A DNA stretch of 63,436 nt, counting the filler, from Sanchytrium tribonematis (lineage: Eukaryota), in NCBI GenBank assembly GCA_018985235.1. It is 12 parts of 12 records of this genome, joined end to end, with 100 filler letters (N's around TTAATTAATTAA, not from the genome) between each part and the next. Parts side by side here need not be neighbours in the genome. Positions count along the whole stretch, not along the records: positions 1 to 22,625 come from JADGIG010000081.1; positions 22,726 to 26,371 come from JADGIG010000828.1; positions 26,472 to 30,113 come from JADGIG010000829.1; positions 30,214 to 33,833 come from JADGIG010000830.1; 8 more parts are not named here. One strand, given 5' to 3'. Both the position numbers and the translations under genes were made by a program. The number at the start of each line of letters is the position of its first letter. The stretch's first letter is position 1. The notes under the pieces are model-generated. The model ran no database searches, was not told the origin of the DNA, and saw only the letters and a program-made list of their open reading frames with translations. This document shows, piece by piece, positions 21,992 to 31,722 of this stretch.

Positions 21992-22625
21992 GGAGATGTT
22001 TGGAAAAATAATGAAAAATTAAATTATCTTACTTTTTTTCGTTCTTCATATACTCACTAAAATAAATCACATGTTTGGTTACCAGACAATGTTTATTTTA
22101 ATGCAAATTTTTTACTTGATAAATTATTTTGCTAAAGTACTTGTGTGAGTTAAAATGCAATTTCAAGTTATTTTATTTACTAGTTTGTAGGTGAAATGGT
22201 CGTAGAGTCTAGTGGGCAAATTGTCGTAGATGACATAGATACAGAGATCGGAGACGCTGCTGATGGTGTAATTAATAATGGATCCAATGGACAGCAGCGT
22301 CTCACAAAATCGTCTCAACTCGTCGCGCCGGCTTCAAAATATTTAGCGGCAGCATCTTTAATAAATACTTTAGGAGTCATACCTCAAGTTGGACACAAAT
22401 CAAAATTCCAATTCCAAATCTTGATACATTTATGGATTTTTTTTAATTAATTATTTATTGAGATTTGAAGCTGCCGTAATGCCAGTTACTCTAGGTAACA
22501 CTGGATGTGATCTTACAAACATCGTGTAGTTGATGTAAATCCATTAATAACTCATATCTTTCAGTCGCTGCTTCTTTCCAGTATTTCAATCTAAAGACAT
22601 CATCACGTGGTTTTTGCTTGCGGAG

Positions 22626-22725
22626 NNNNNNNNNNNNNNNNNNNNNNNNNNNNNNNNNNNNNNNNNNNNTTAATTAATTAANNNNNNNNNNNNNNNNNNN
22701 NNNNNNNNNNNNNNNNNNNNNNNNN
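22626..22725. other. Artificial contig linker (first of 11)
   Basis: N44-TTAATTAATTAA-N44; also at 26372, 30114, 33834, 37552, 41265, 44978, 48675, 52372, 56061 and 59749 (100 nt each). Confidence 0.98.
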
Positions 22726-22750
22726 AACAATTTAAATTCTTAATAAATAT

Positions 22751-23050
22751 TTATTGAATTGTAAATGCCAAAATACCTTGTGCGACAGCATCAGCTAAAT
22801 CGTCCAACTTTTCCAGCAAATCACACGCATTATATGCTTGAGTTTCCCAAATAAGGTCACTTGTATTCAAATACATCAACGATGCTTCTTTTGCTAAAGT
22901 ATGAGTGTACTTTTTTTGAGGCAAATGCAACTTCTTTCTCAGAAACTTACATCTTGACTGTGGTGTTACATCGATAATTGTTACACCTTGGCTGTTAAAA
23001 TAACCATATAAGAATGACACTATAAAAATTAGCCATATTTCGATATTTGG
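22751..23050 (-). pseudogene. C-terminal fragment of a RuvC-like Holliday junction resolvase (A22/Cce1-like)
   Basis: SFLYGYF..IIDVTP, KEASL and KLDDLADAVAQG motifs; N-terminal catalytic part not visible. Confidence 0.5.
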
Positions 23051-23696
23051 TAGAACAAATAAGTGCAGTTGTTCCTTTACAACTTGGATCAAAATCTTTA
23101 TGATTTGGGGATATTTTTGTACAAGCAGGTGCCTTTAAACAATCTGTGAATTTTGAAATATCTGGTTGAGCCACAGTTGATAATGGATTTGCAAAAGTCA
23201 TCATGGATAGCATGTAGATCATTGCGTAAGGGGAGTGTTTTCCTTTTATGAACGAATGCAAGCTCATACAATTATTTGATTGGTAAATAACAAATTTGAA
23301 CTTCATTGTGATTTGTAGACAAGTCATTTATCATTCTTACACCATTCACTATCTGTTTGCAATATTCACATCCAAATGGTGTCATTTCACGCCATTATGA
23401 CACCATTTATCTCTTAAATATCAAAATATTCCCCTGTCCATCATGTTGTTGCTTGCATTACTCTTTGCATACTATATTCAATGTGACAATGCACCAATCC
23501 ACAATTTGGATACGCCATTAATCCACAATCATTTCCGAATTGAACAACATGAGACTAAATTTGAGATTTATGGTCATTCCTGTTTATCCAAATTTAATTG
23601 TTTTGGTAGTACGCCATTAGCCATTCTCCCTTATTCCTATAAACCAGAATTTAAATCTAATATCAAGGTGCAATTAGATTATCATGTCAATGTCAA

Positions 23697-25982
23697 TTTA
23701 CTTTTTTTTTTTTACTTAACTTGTTTTATTTGGGGAATCTACATGTTTAACTAATGTGTCGCAGTAGATTCACCAATGTTTGCTGATACTTAAAGAGCGA
23801 GGCCCTGTAGGGGACGAGGTGGAGGGGGTGGGATGTGATAATTGGCTGTAATCAAACGTAATTCTTGTAAAACTTGATTATAATGTTCTAATAAGGGAAT
23901 CCGATGAAACCGACTCCATTGGATGGGTTGTCTGTCTGTCCATTGATTGTTAAATTCAATTTTTAAGGGGACGTGTAACGCCAGATTATTGGTTGGATAT
24001 TTCGCAAAATAATCACACACTTCGTTCGGGTGAATCCCACTATGTGCTTTCACATGAGATATGGAAATGAAGGAAAATAAGTGGCTGAACTGTTCAACAT
24101 GCGAATATAGTTTAAAGTATGGTAATGCTGAAATGCTAATTGACTTAGTAAATATTTTTGCAAATATTTTTACACAAGATTCGTTGTCACTATAAATACA
24201 ATAGTTCAAATGACGTATGCCATTATTAACTAAATTATTTATGTAATATAAGGATTCTATTATAGCGGCAGATTCAGGAAAGAATGATGAAACATTTTTC
24301 CAATTTAAAGTTGCGGAAAATAAATTTTGAGATTTTGTTTGTCCAAGCTGAGAAAGAATAATAAAAGAAAATCCTGTATGATGTGACATTACTGAGCCAT
24401 CGGTATAAATTATTAAAGTGTTGGCTCGAAAATAGGATGCGTCAATGATTAGAAGTGGTGGGTCTATTTTTTCAATTGTGTTAGCATTAGCTTGATCAAT
24501 AGGCAATTGGATATGACTAGTAAATAGAAGTGAATGGGTTATTAAAAAATGAGACGAATAATGATTTGGAGTGTAAGTTTGGGTGCAATTATTAACATTG
24601 CAAAGTGATTTATATCGGCTTTTGGCCCGGCAGAGTAGAATATCGTAATGCGGAGCATTAATTGGCAACTCTAAAAGTAATTTGTGGAACTTAAAACTAC
24701 CACTCGGACGACGATGAAATTCATCAAATATTTTGTTCTTGATTCCATTTTGTGTATTCAAATGATAGTCATGTTTGTCGTATAAATATTGATTTCTGAG
24801 TTTTAAATTCGGATACTGAACTAATTGGGTTAGTACTTGAGTGCTAAATCGATATGGGGCGCCTATAAGTGATTTGATTCTTTTTTTGTAAAAAATTTGC
24901 ATCCTGTTGATGTATTTGTCTGGATAAAGGATAGAGTGGAACGAGAATTCAGTAATAGATGTGAAATGTGCTGTTAATAAATTTGCTGAAACACTTAATG
25001 GGAGACCGCCGCTAAATAATCCTATTTGTTTTAACTGATTCCATCTGCAGTTTAGGGATTTCCTAGTTCGTTTGAATTGTTCTTCAATGTCAATTCCTTG
25101 TTCATTAAACCAGTAACCAAGATATCTAATAGATTCTGTAGCAACTGAAATCCCTTCCATTTCTGTTATTGTTTTATCATTTGTAATAATGACACACTTT
25201 GATGCATTGGTTTCTAGACCTAATTCAGATAATTTAATATTGATATTTTGAATGCATCTTTTTAATTTTGTGGCGGTAGTTGTGGCAGTCATTGTATCGT
25301 CTGCAAATAATTGAAGAAGGGCATCAAGTGAATGAATAAGATTATAAATTGGTTGCAAACAACTAGTAAACAATTTGCCACTGGTTACACCTCCTTGTGG
25401 AACACCACACGTTGTTGTAATTGAGATGCTACGTATGCTTCCAATTTGGAGAGTTAATTGTTGTTTTCTAATCAATTGAGCATATACAAGTCCGAGATTG
25501 CGGGGTGCATTGACTAAATACGCAAGAATGTGTTTTCGAGAAAGACTATCGTAGGCCTTTTGTATATCATAGAAAGAAATGTAAAGATTTAAGCCGAGAT
25601 TATTCACATTTTTAATGTACTTTTCTAAGAGAGAAACGGCGTCATGAATGGATCCTGCTGGGCGGAATCCGTATTGAATATTGTGAGGTCGCGTATCAGG
25701 TAAAAATTTATCTGTTGATTTCTCAAAGAATCTTCGAATAAAGCATAATAAATCGATTGGACGGTAATTTTTGGCATTTGCGCGATTACCTTTTAATTTA
25801 TATAGCGCTATAATTGTGATTGCCTTAAATTCGGTTGGAACCAATCTGAGATGTAGCATTCTATTGAATAATTGTAAAAAAATGTCAACAAATAGGTCAA
25901 ATGCATACCTTAAAATTTGTCCTGGAATACCATCTTTTCCTGGTGTTTTGGTTAGCCCAGTATTCAAGATACCAAATTCTAT
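23697..25982 (-). mobile_element. 5'-truncated non-LTR retrotransposon (LINE) with RT and RNase H
   Basis: RT-RNase H ORF, AATAAA plus A12 tail (T run at 23702-23713 on +), flanking 7-bp duplication ATGTCAA at 23690 and 25983. Confidence 0.9.
23790..25967 (-). CDS. LINE ORF2 fragment: reverse transcriptase and RNase H
   Basis: KTPGKDG, NYRPIDL, QYGFRP, DIQKAYDS, GVPQG, FADD, YLG; RNase H IYTDGS..E..SDN..HVKAHSG..NE..D. Confidence 0.92.
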   Translation of the reverse strand: MNTGLTKTPGKDGIPGQILRYAFDLFVDIFLQLFNRMLHLRLVPTEFKAITIIALYKLKGNRANAKNYRPIDLLCFIRRFFEKSTDKFLPDTRPHNIQYGFRPAGSIHDAVSLLEKYIKNVNNLGLNLYISFYDIQKAYDSLSRKHILAYLVNAPRNLGLVYAQLIRKQQLTLQIGSIRSISITTTCGVPQGGVTSGKLFTSCLQPIYNLIHSLDALLQLFADDTMTATTTATKLKRCIQNINIKLSELGLETNASKCVIITNDKTITEMEGISVATESIRYLGYWFNEQGIDIEEQFKRTRKSLNCRWNQLKQIGLFSGGLPLSVSANLLTAHFTSITEFSFHSILYPDKYINRMQIFYKKRIKSLIGAPYRFSTQVLTQLVQYPNLKLRNQYLYDKHDYHLNTQNGIKNKIFDEFHRRPSGSFKFHKLLLELPINAPHYDILLCRAKSRYKSLCNVNNCTQTYTPNHYSSHFLITHSLLFTSHIQLPIDQANANTIEKIDPPLLIIDASYFRANTLIIYTDGSVMSHHTGFSFIILSQLGQTKSQNLFSATLNWKNVSSFFPESAAIIESLYYINNLVNNGIRHLNYCIYSDNESCVKIFAKIFTKSISISALPYFKLYSHVEQFSHLFSFISISHVKAHSGIHPNEVCDYFAKYPTNNLALHVPLKIEFNNQWTDRQPIQWSRFHRIPLLEHYNQVLQELRLITANYHIPPPPPRPLQGLAL

Positions 25983-26471
25983 ATGTCAAAGAATTTATTG
26001 CAACTTCCAACTTAATTAAAGGACATGACAATGTGTCATTTCAATACATTGTAAATGCAGTTGTTTTTGGACTGAATACATTGAATTCAGTAGAACATCA
26101 ATTGAAAGTGGTAATTAGGAAAGAGATGAAAAATTTATTTAAATTTTTAGACACTGTCAAATTATTGGAAATTGCTGCGGAATTGTTGAAAATGCATGGA
26201 TTTATCTATGATTGTGAGGTATTTGAACCATATAAACATTATTTTATGGATTTAAATGTATTAGATGCATTAAAGCATGGTATGACGCACAATGTTTTTT
26301 GTTATGAAGTGATTTATTTATCAATTGTCTCGCCCCTCTCGTGCTCTCTCTGCCTGTGCCTCGGTTTCTGCNNNNNNNNNNNNNNNNNNNNNNNNNNNNN
26401 NNNNNNNNNNNNNNNTTAATTAATTAANNNNNNNNNNNNNNNNNNNNNNNNNNNNNNNNNNNNNNNNNNNN

Positions 26472-26551
26472 TTCATTTATAAAAATGGGGACAATCCATC
26501 CCAAGAAATGTAATTTATTGGACAAACTATCCCCAAAAAGATGATGAATTG
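26472..26551 (+). repeat. 80-bp direct repeat, copy of 29001-29080 (right end of the Crypton-like element)
   Basis: TTCATTTATAAAAATGGG(G)ACAATCC...GATGATGAATTG, identical except for one G. Confidence 0.9.
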
Positions 26552-26552
26552 T

Positions 26553-29082
26553 AATTGGTGATAAAAACTGGGATGTGATTGGGATGGCTTTGAAACACGT
26601 TTTTTCTTCTATGAATGACGAAGATAGAGATAGACTTGTAGACCATATCGAGCAGAATATTATAGTCTCTACTACGCGTAATTCATACATTAGTTCAATA
26701 TCACGATTTATTTTATATTTATATTCAAGTAACGAGTTTAACAATATACTTACAAATGAGTTAAAAGACAGCTTAATAAATGCATTTAGAGAACAAGACA
26801 ACAATTTAGAATTATTCCAAGCTACTACCATCGATCAGAGTATCTCAGAAGAAGAAAGAATCACAAGAACTAATATTTATCAAAATCGATTAAAAAGACT
26901 GGAATCAAGCAAATTACGACATATTAAAGAGTTTATTAACAACAACGTCCCTACTGGAAATGCCACATCAGAAATATATCCAATAAATTTTGACTTAGTG
27001 ACCTCTAGAATATTTTTATGTTGGGTAGTCACATTAAGAAAGCCAGATGGATCTATGCCTGGTAATTCAAGTTACAGTAATCACAGAGCAGCACTATCGC
27101 ACTTATTTCGCGAGTATAATAAATCAATGTCCCACGAATTAGCGGACAATCTATCCAAAAATTATCTTGGATTAAAAAGAACAACCACCCAAAGAATAGC
27201 TAATGGGGATGGTAGAGTCAAAATTGGGAAAGACCCAATTGATTTTTCCCTTTACAAGTATTTCGGTAAGGTTTTGTCAAGAAGCACGAATAAAGAAAAT
27301 ATATTTTGCCATTGTTTCTTGATAATCTGTTGGAATCTGATGTGCAGAGCAGGAAATGTAGGTTCTATTTGTTTGGATCATATTGAATGGCGGAATGATG
27401 CTCTTTGTGTGTACTTTGCGCATATGAAGAACGATCAGACAGGAGAAAGAAAAAGAGATCCGAGACACATTTACGCAAACCCAGTTAATCCAGCCATATG
27501 TCCAATTCTTTCTCTGGGTGTCTATTTATTATGTTTTCCTCTTGCAGCAGAGCAGATTAAGCTTTTCCCAGGAAATACACAATATCAAAGATTTTCCAAA
27601 TTACTCAACAAATTGATGGAAGATGAATGCGCTGAAGAATTAGAGCAAAGAGGACTTGATTTAGATGATATTGGCACTCATAGTATTCGGAAGGGCGCAA
27701 GTACTTATGTTTCCAGTGGTTCTACAGCTTGTCCCTCGGCTAGCGCTATTCAAATAAGAGCCGGATGGTCACTTCCCGGTGTTCAAAACACGTATTTACG
27801 TTATGATTCGGCAGGAGATATGCATGTTGGTAGAGTGGTTTCTGGTTTACCACTAGAATCACCTAAATTTGCAATTTTACCTCCATTTTTCAAACAACAA
27901 GATAAAAATGATGAAACTGTAAAAACCGCTGTCAATGATTTATTTCCAAATATTCCAACAAATTTAAAAAGAGTTGCGGAATTTTGTCTTGCTAGTGTAG
28001 TTTTCCATTCTGATTATTTAAGGAATAATTTGCCAAATAATCATAATTTATTTTCAAATGCATTGTTTAGAAATAGAAGGTTATTAGATACATTAAAAGC
28101 ACAAATCGAATGTCGACTTGGTAAAGATGATGACGATGATCCTATTACTGCTACTGGAATACCCCCAACTGTGGCATTATTGTGCCAAATGACCGTTTTA
28201 AATGAGAGTATTATGCAAATAATACCAACTCTTGAGCGTACAGCACAAGCTACCGTCAATGCAATTGTAGTAGAACTTGAGGAGCGTGCCATTGGTGCTG
28301 GGACAGTGACACGAGATGGCTTACTTGGTTTACTAAATGACTCTATTTTTGGCGTTTTAAATCAACATGGAATTATTCATGCAATTCAAAATATGAATCA
28401 TAATAATCAGATACGTGCTCCACAAGCAAATTCTAGCCCACATAATGATACTAATTCATTTTGGAACATGATGTCGCGACAATTACCTGCGGATTTTAAA
28501 TTGCACCCTGTAAATATATTAATTGCCTTTCAATTATGGTGCTTGGGAGATGAAAGTAAAAGCTATCCTCCTTATCGACTGTTGATTCCTGAAAATATGC
28601 CTAATGATGATGTGAGAAAACGATTTTGTGATTTTGGAAAATTAATGCAATTTTTTGAGAGAAAACTGAGGGAGTCTAATATGTGGATTACCAATCCTTC
28701 ATTGTCTGAAGTTAATGGAATGATCACTGATTTATTGCAGACAGATGATCTAGAATTTTTAAGACGCACACCAAAAAATCGTGTGCGAAGAATTAACCAA
28801 ATTGGATGGCGAACAGCAGCAGAACATGTCCGTAGAGAAAGAGGGTTGCGAGAATAGTAAATTTTATAGTATATTATCTTGTATTTTTCAAAAAAATGAG
28901 CCACAATATTTCTTGGGATTTCCATCCCAGTTTTTATAAATGGTACATGTCAAAGAAAAAATTGACTGAAAATACACGAATTTGTGGCTTGATTGAGTTG
29001 TTCATTTATAAAAATGGGGACAATCCATCCCAAGAAATGTAATTTATTGGACAAACTATCCCCAAAAAGATGATGAATTGGT
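26553..29082 (+). mobile_element. Crypton-like tyrosine-recombinase DNA transposon
   Basis: Single YR ORF with no RT, bounded by AATTGGT direct repeats (26553-26559, 29076-29082), with subterminal inverted GGGAT/ATCCC boxes. Confidence 0.75.
26584..28857 (+). CDS. Tyrosine recombinase (Crypton type)
   Basis: Catalytic set R (NLMCR), K (HMKNDQ), HxxR (GTHSIRKG), W (RAGWSL), Y (QNTYLRY); intronless and intact. Confidence 0.88.
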   Translation: MALKHVFSSMNDEDRDRLVDHIEQNIIVSTTRNSYISSISRFILYLYSSNEFNNILTNELKDSLINAFREQDNNLELFQATTIDQSISEEERITRTNIYQNRLKRLESSKLRHIKEFINNNVPTGNATSEIYPINFDLVTSRIFLCWVVTLRKPDGSMPGNSSYSNHRAALSHLFREYNKSMSHELADNLSKNYLGLKRTTTQRIANGDGRVKIGKDPIDFSLYKYFGKVLSRSTNKENIFCHCFLIICWNLMCRAGNVGSICLDHIEWRNDALCVYFAHMKNDQTGERKRDPRHIYANPVNPAICPILSLGVYLLCFPLAAEQIKLFPGNTQYQRFSKLLNKLMEDECAEELEQRGLDLDDIGTHSIRKGASTYVSSGSTACPSASAIQIRAGWSLPGVQNTYLRYDSAGDMHVGRVVSGLPLESPKFAILPPFFKQQDKNDETVKTAVNDLFPNIPTNLKRVAEFCLASVVFHSDYLRNNLPNNHNLFSNALFRNRRLLDTLKAQIECRLGKDDDDDPITATGIPPTVALLCQMTVLNESIMQIIPTLERTAQATVNAIVVELEERAIGAGTVTRDGLLGLLNDSIFGVLNQHGIIHAIQNMNHNNQIRAPQANSSPHNDTNSFWNMMSRQLPADFKLHPVNILIAFQLWCLGDESKSYPPYRLLIPENMPNDDVRKRFCDFGKLMQFFERKLRESNMWITNPSLSEVNGMITDLLQTDDLEFLRRTPKNRVRRINQIGWRTAAEHVRRERGLRE

Positions 29083-29190
29083 ATTATGTTGTCGGGTTTC
29101 CTTATCGCATTTGATGCGAGAGATCCACATGTGATAGAGTATGCTCCTGAAGAACTTGAATACCATGATTAAGATGAAGAATAAACTAAT

Positions 29191-30113
29191 TTATTGATAA
29201 ATATCTGAATATGTTTTATAATCTGTCCAAATCTTTGAATTAGTCGCATCTGTCATTTCTGATTGAGACATGATTGTATTCGGTGTTTTAGCAGTAGGAC
29301 AAGTGATGATGGAATTAGAATATGGCATTGTGGATAAAGTGGAACATTGGGAGGGTTCACTGATATGCTGATTGGATAATTTGGAAATTGAGTCATTAGA
29401 TGGTTGTTTTTTGCGATATTTATAGAATATTAGATATGTAATGAATACTATCAATAATATGACACTAATAATGATGAAAATGGATGAATTGGAGATGGAT
29501 GATTGTGAATATTGATGATAATTGGCAAATGGATCAGGAGTGGGACTGGATAATGTGGTATTTAAAATATGAGTCGGATTAGATGTATTGGATGGTGTGG
29601 CCGTATCTGGACTCAATGGGGCTGATAATGGCTCATCTTTTGGAAGTTGATTTGAAATTTCAAGGGGAAGGACGCCATTACCAAAATTAGTATTCCAATA
29701 TATTCTATTAATTTGAGAACCACTGCAATATTTAGAATGATCACCAATTGGTTTAATGATTTCAATATCTTGTGGTTGTCTTAATGCAGTATGACCCACA
29801 TAAATCGAATTTGTATTCATAAATATGGAAATACCCAGTACATTTCTATTAATTAAGAATTGGAAATCACTGTTATTGTAATTAGTACATAATCCTTGTG
29901 CTAAATTAAAGAATAAATCTTTGATTTTGGGACGGATGCCATCTGAATCTACTGGATTATTGTTGTTTAATTTACCATGGATTTCAGATGTGTAGCCTAG
30001 AAATGCAACAGATGGGGCACAATTAATACCTACACACTTGATTTCTGATTTTTCAATGTTGGTATTCCATTTGATGGGTCCATTGCCTACTTGTGTGCGT
30101 AATCCATTGATTT
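29191..30113 (-). CDS. Single-pass membrane protein, 5'-partial
   Basis: Frame open to the contig end; S/T/P stalk, TM IFIIISVILLIVFITYLIF, then YKYRKK. Confidence 0.7.
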
Positions 30114-30264
30114 NNNNNNNNNNNNNNNNNNNNNNNNNNNNNNNNNNNNNNNNNNNNTTAATTAATTAANNNNNNNNNNNNNNNNNNNNNNNNNNNNNNN
30201 NNNNNNNNNNNNNTTTTCTCACTATAATATGATGATACCCACATTCCGAAAAAAATTAATAAAA

Positions 30265-30963
30265 TTAATCCAAAATGTTTTCTTTTTTCAGCAGATCTCT
30301 CGCTATATTCGTTATGATTTTAAATCTGGCAGGACCTAGTTTTATACCACCAAACCATCTTGATACAACCACTGCAATATTTGTCAATTTGTTTTGCCTT
30401 AGCATAAATAGGAGACGGTGACCTGCACCATCCTCTCCGTCATCATCGTAATCATAAAATTTACCAACATTATACGCTAGTATGTGATGAGTTGCGTCAC
30501 TAAGTGTTAGCTTTAAGTGTCCGATAAAATTGTTAAGCTGGCCTATAGATTCTATGTGACAGACATGGGCTACGAAAGATGATTTGCTTACTACAAATTT
30601 ATCAGACGATTTGAATACCGGAATTATAGACGCAGTAGAATGCACTGGATTTCCAATGTTACTTGTACTCTCATTGGGAATAACTTTCCAGTTTAAAATA
30701 ATATCAATCGCCTTTTCAATAGCTTCCGCAGCGTAGTCTTCTTGTTCACAGAACTCCACTATGCTAGATTCTAAGGATTCGTCAACCAAATTTCGCAGTT
30801 CCTTTATATTTTTAAAATTTTTTGTCGACAGAACATCAAAGACCAATTCCTTGCTGCAAAAATTTACAACTAATTTAATATTTTCGGTCACACTTATAGT
30901 CAAGGTGTCATCCTCTCGCTCTGCTTCAAAAAACATTGAGTGGATGATATCAATAAGATTCAT
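30265..30963 (-). CDS. YIH1: IMPACT/Yih1 family protein
   Basis: KSSFVAH, ATHHILAY, DDDGEDGAG, VVVSRWFGGIKLGPARF. Confidence 0.9.
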   Translation of the reverse strand: MNLIDIIHSMFFEAEREDDTLTISVTENIKLVVNFCSKELVFDVLSTKNFKNIKELRNLVDESLESSIVEFCEQEDYAAEAIEKAIDIILNWKVIPNESTSNIGNPVHSTASIIPVFKSSDKFVVSKSSFVAHVCHIESIGQLNNFIGHLKLTLSDATHHILAYNVGKFYDYDDDGEDGAGHRLLFMLRQNKLTNIAVVVSRWFGGIKLGPARFKIITNIARDLLKKENILD

Positions 30964-30994
30964 TAAAATGTGAATGATATTCTCCTTGTAAAAT

Positions 30995-31441
30995 ATGGCC
31001 AGGCAGCTTCAACCTGACGAACCTTCGATGAATTTGAAAAATTCCGGCAAGGTCGTAAAAGGCTTTGGAAGAGGCTCTAAAGATCTGGGTATACCAACTG
31101 CAAATTTGGAAAAGAAAACCGCCGAGGAATTGGGAAAAACATTGAAAACTGGAATTTATTATGGCTATGCGTATCTACATAACCAGAGGTATTCCATGGT
31201 TATGTCTTTTGGATGGAATCCGTTTTACAAAAATACTGTAAGAAGTTGCGAGGTCCATCTAATTACAACTGGATTGGCTGATTTTTACGATGAGATATTA
31301 GAAATTAGAGTTCTTGGCTACATAAGACCAGAGTTGGATTACACCGGTGTCCAGGACTTAATCAGAGACATTGAACTTGATATTGAAACTGCTCAGAAAA
31401 TGACTTGTAAGCCTAGTTATCTCCAATATGCTGCTAAATAA
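30995..31441 (+). CDS. FMN1: Riboflavin kinase
   Basis: GFGRGSKDLGIPTAN, SFGWNPFYKN, GYIRPELDY. Confidence 0.95.
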   Translation: MARQLQPDEPSMNLKNSGKVVKGFGRGSKDLGIPTANLEKKTAEELGKTLKTGIYYGYAYLHNQRYSMVMSFGWNPFYKNTVRSCEVHLITTGLADFYDEILEIRVLGYIRPELDYTGVQDLIRDIELDIETAQKMTCKPSYLQYAAK

Positions 31442-31709
31442 ATTTACTTAAGATTTGGAACCCGTCTTTTGGCTTCCTCGACAATCTTTCAAGTCTTTTG
31501 TGCTCATTCAAAGCTTCTGGTGTCTCAAATGACATTAAATCTACTTTCAAGATGGATCTCAACTTTAAAATGCTCCCAGCGCTTTTTGGGTTAACGGGCA
31601 TATACTGGACTGAGTTAATTCTTTTTAATTTTAGAGCTTCTGCCACTAATTTTAATTGCTCTGGAATGCCTATAAGACTTCTAATCAATTGTACACGATA
31701 GTATTTCAT
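31434..31709 (-). CDS. MRPL33: Mitochondrial ribosomal protein uL30m (yeast Mrpl33-like)
   Basis: YYRVQLIRSLIGIP..LKL..AGSILKL..RKPKDGF. Confidence 0.85.
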   Translation of the reverse strand: MKYYRVQLIRSLIGIPEQLKLVAEALKLKRINSVQYMPVNPKSAGSILKLRSILKVDLMSFETPEALNEHKRLERLSRKPKDGFQILSKFI

Positions 31710-31722
31710 TCTGTTTTCTCCT

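Larger units (their letters stand above)
23443..26371 (+). pseudogene. Hypothetical secreted-protein gene interrupted by a LINE (halves 23443-23696 and 25990-26371, runs off contig)
   Basis: Removing the element plus one ATGTCAA copy gives in-frame ..DYHVNV-KEFIATSNL.. Confidence 0.6.

Noticed and set aside
22196..22450. 84-aa ORF
   Set aside because: No motif or family support; near the contig end.
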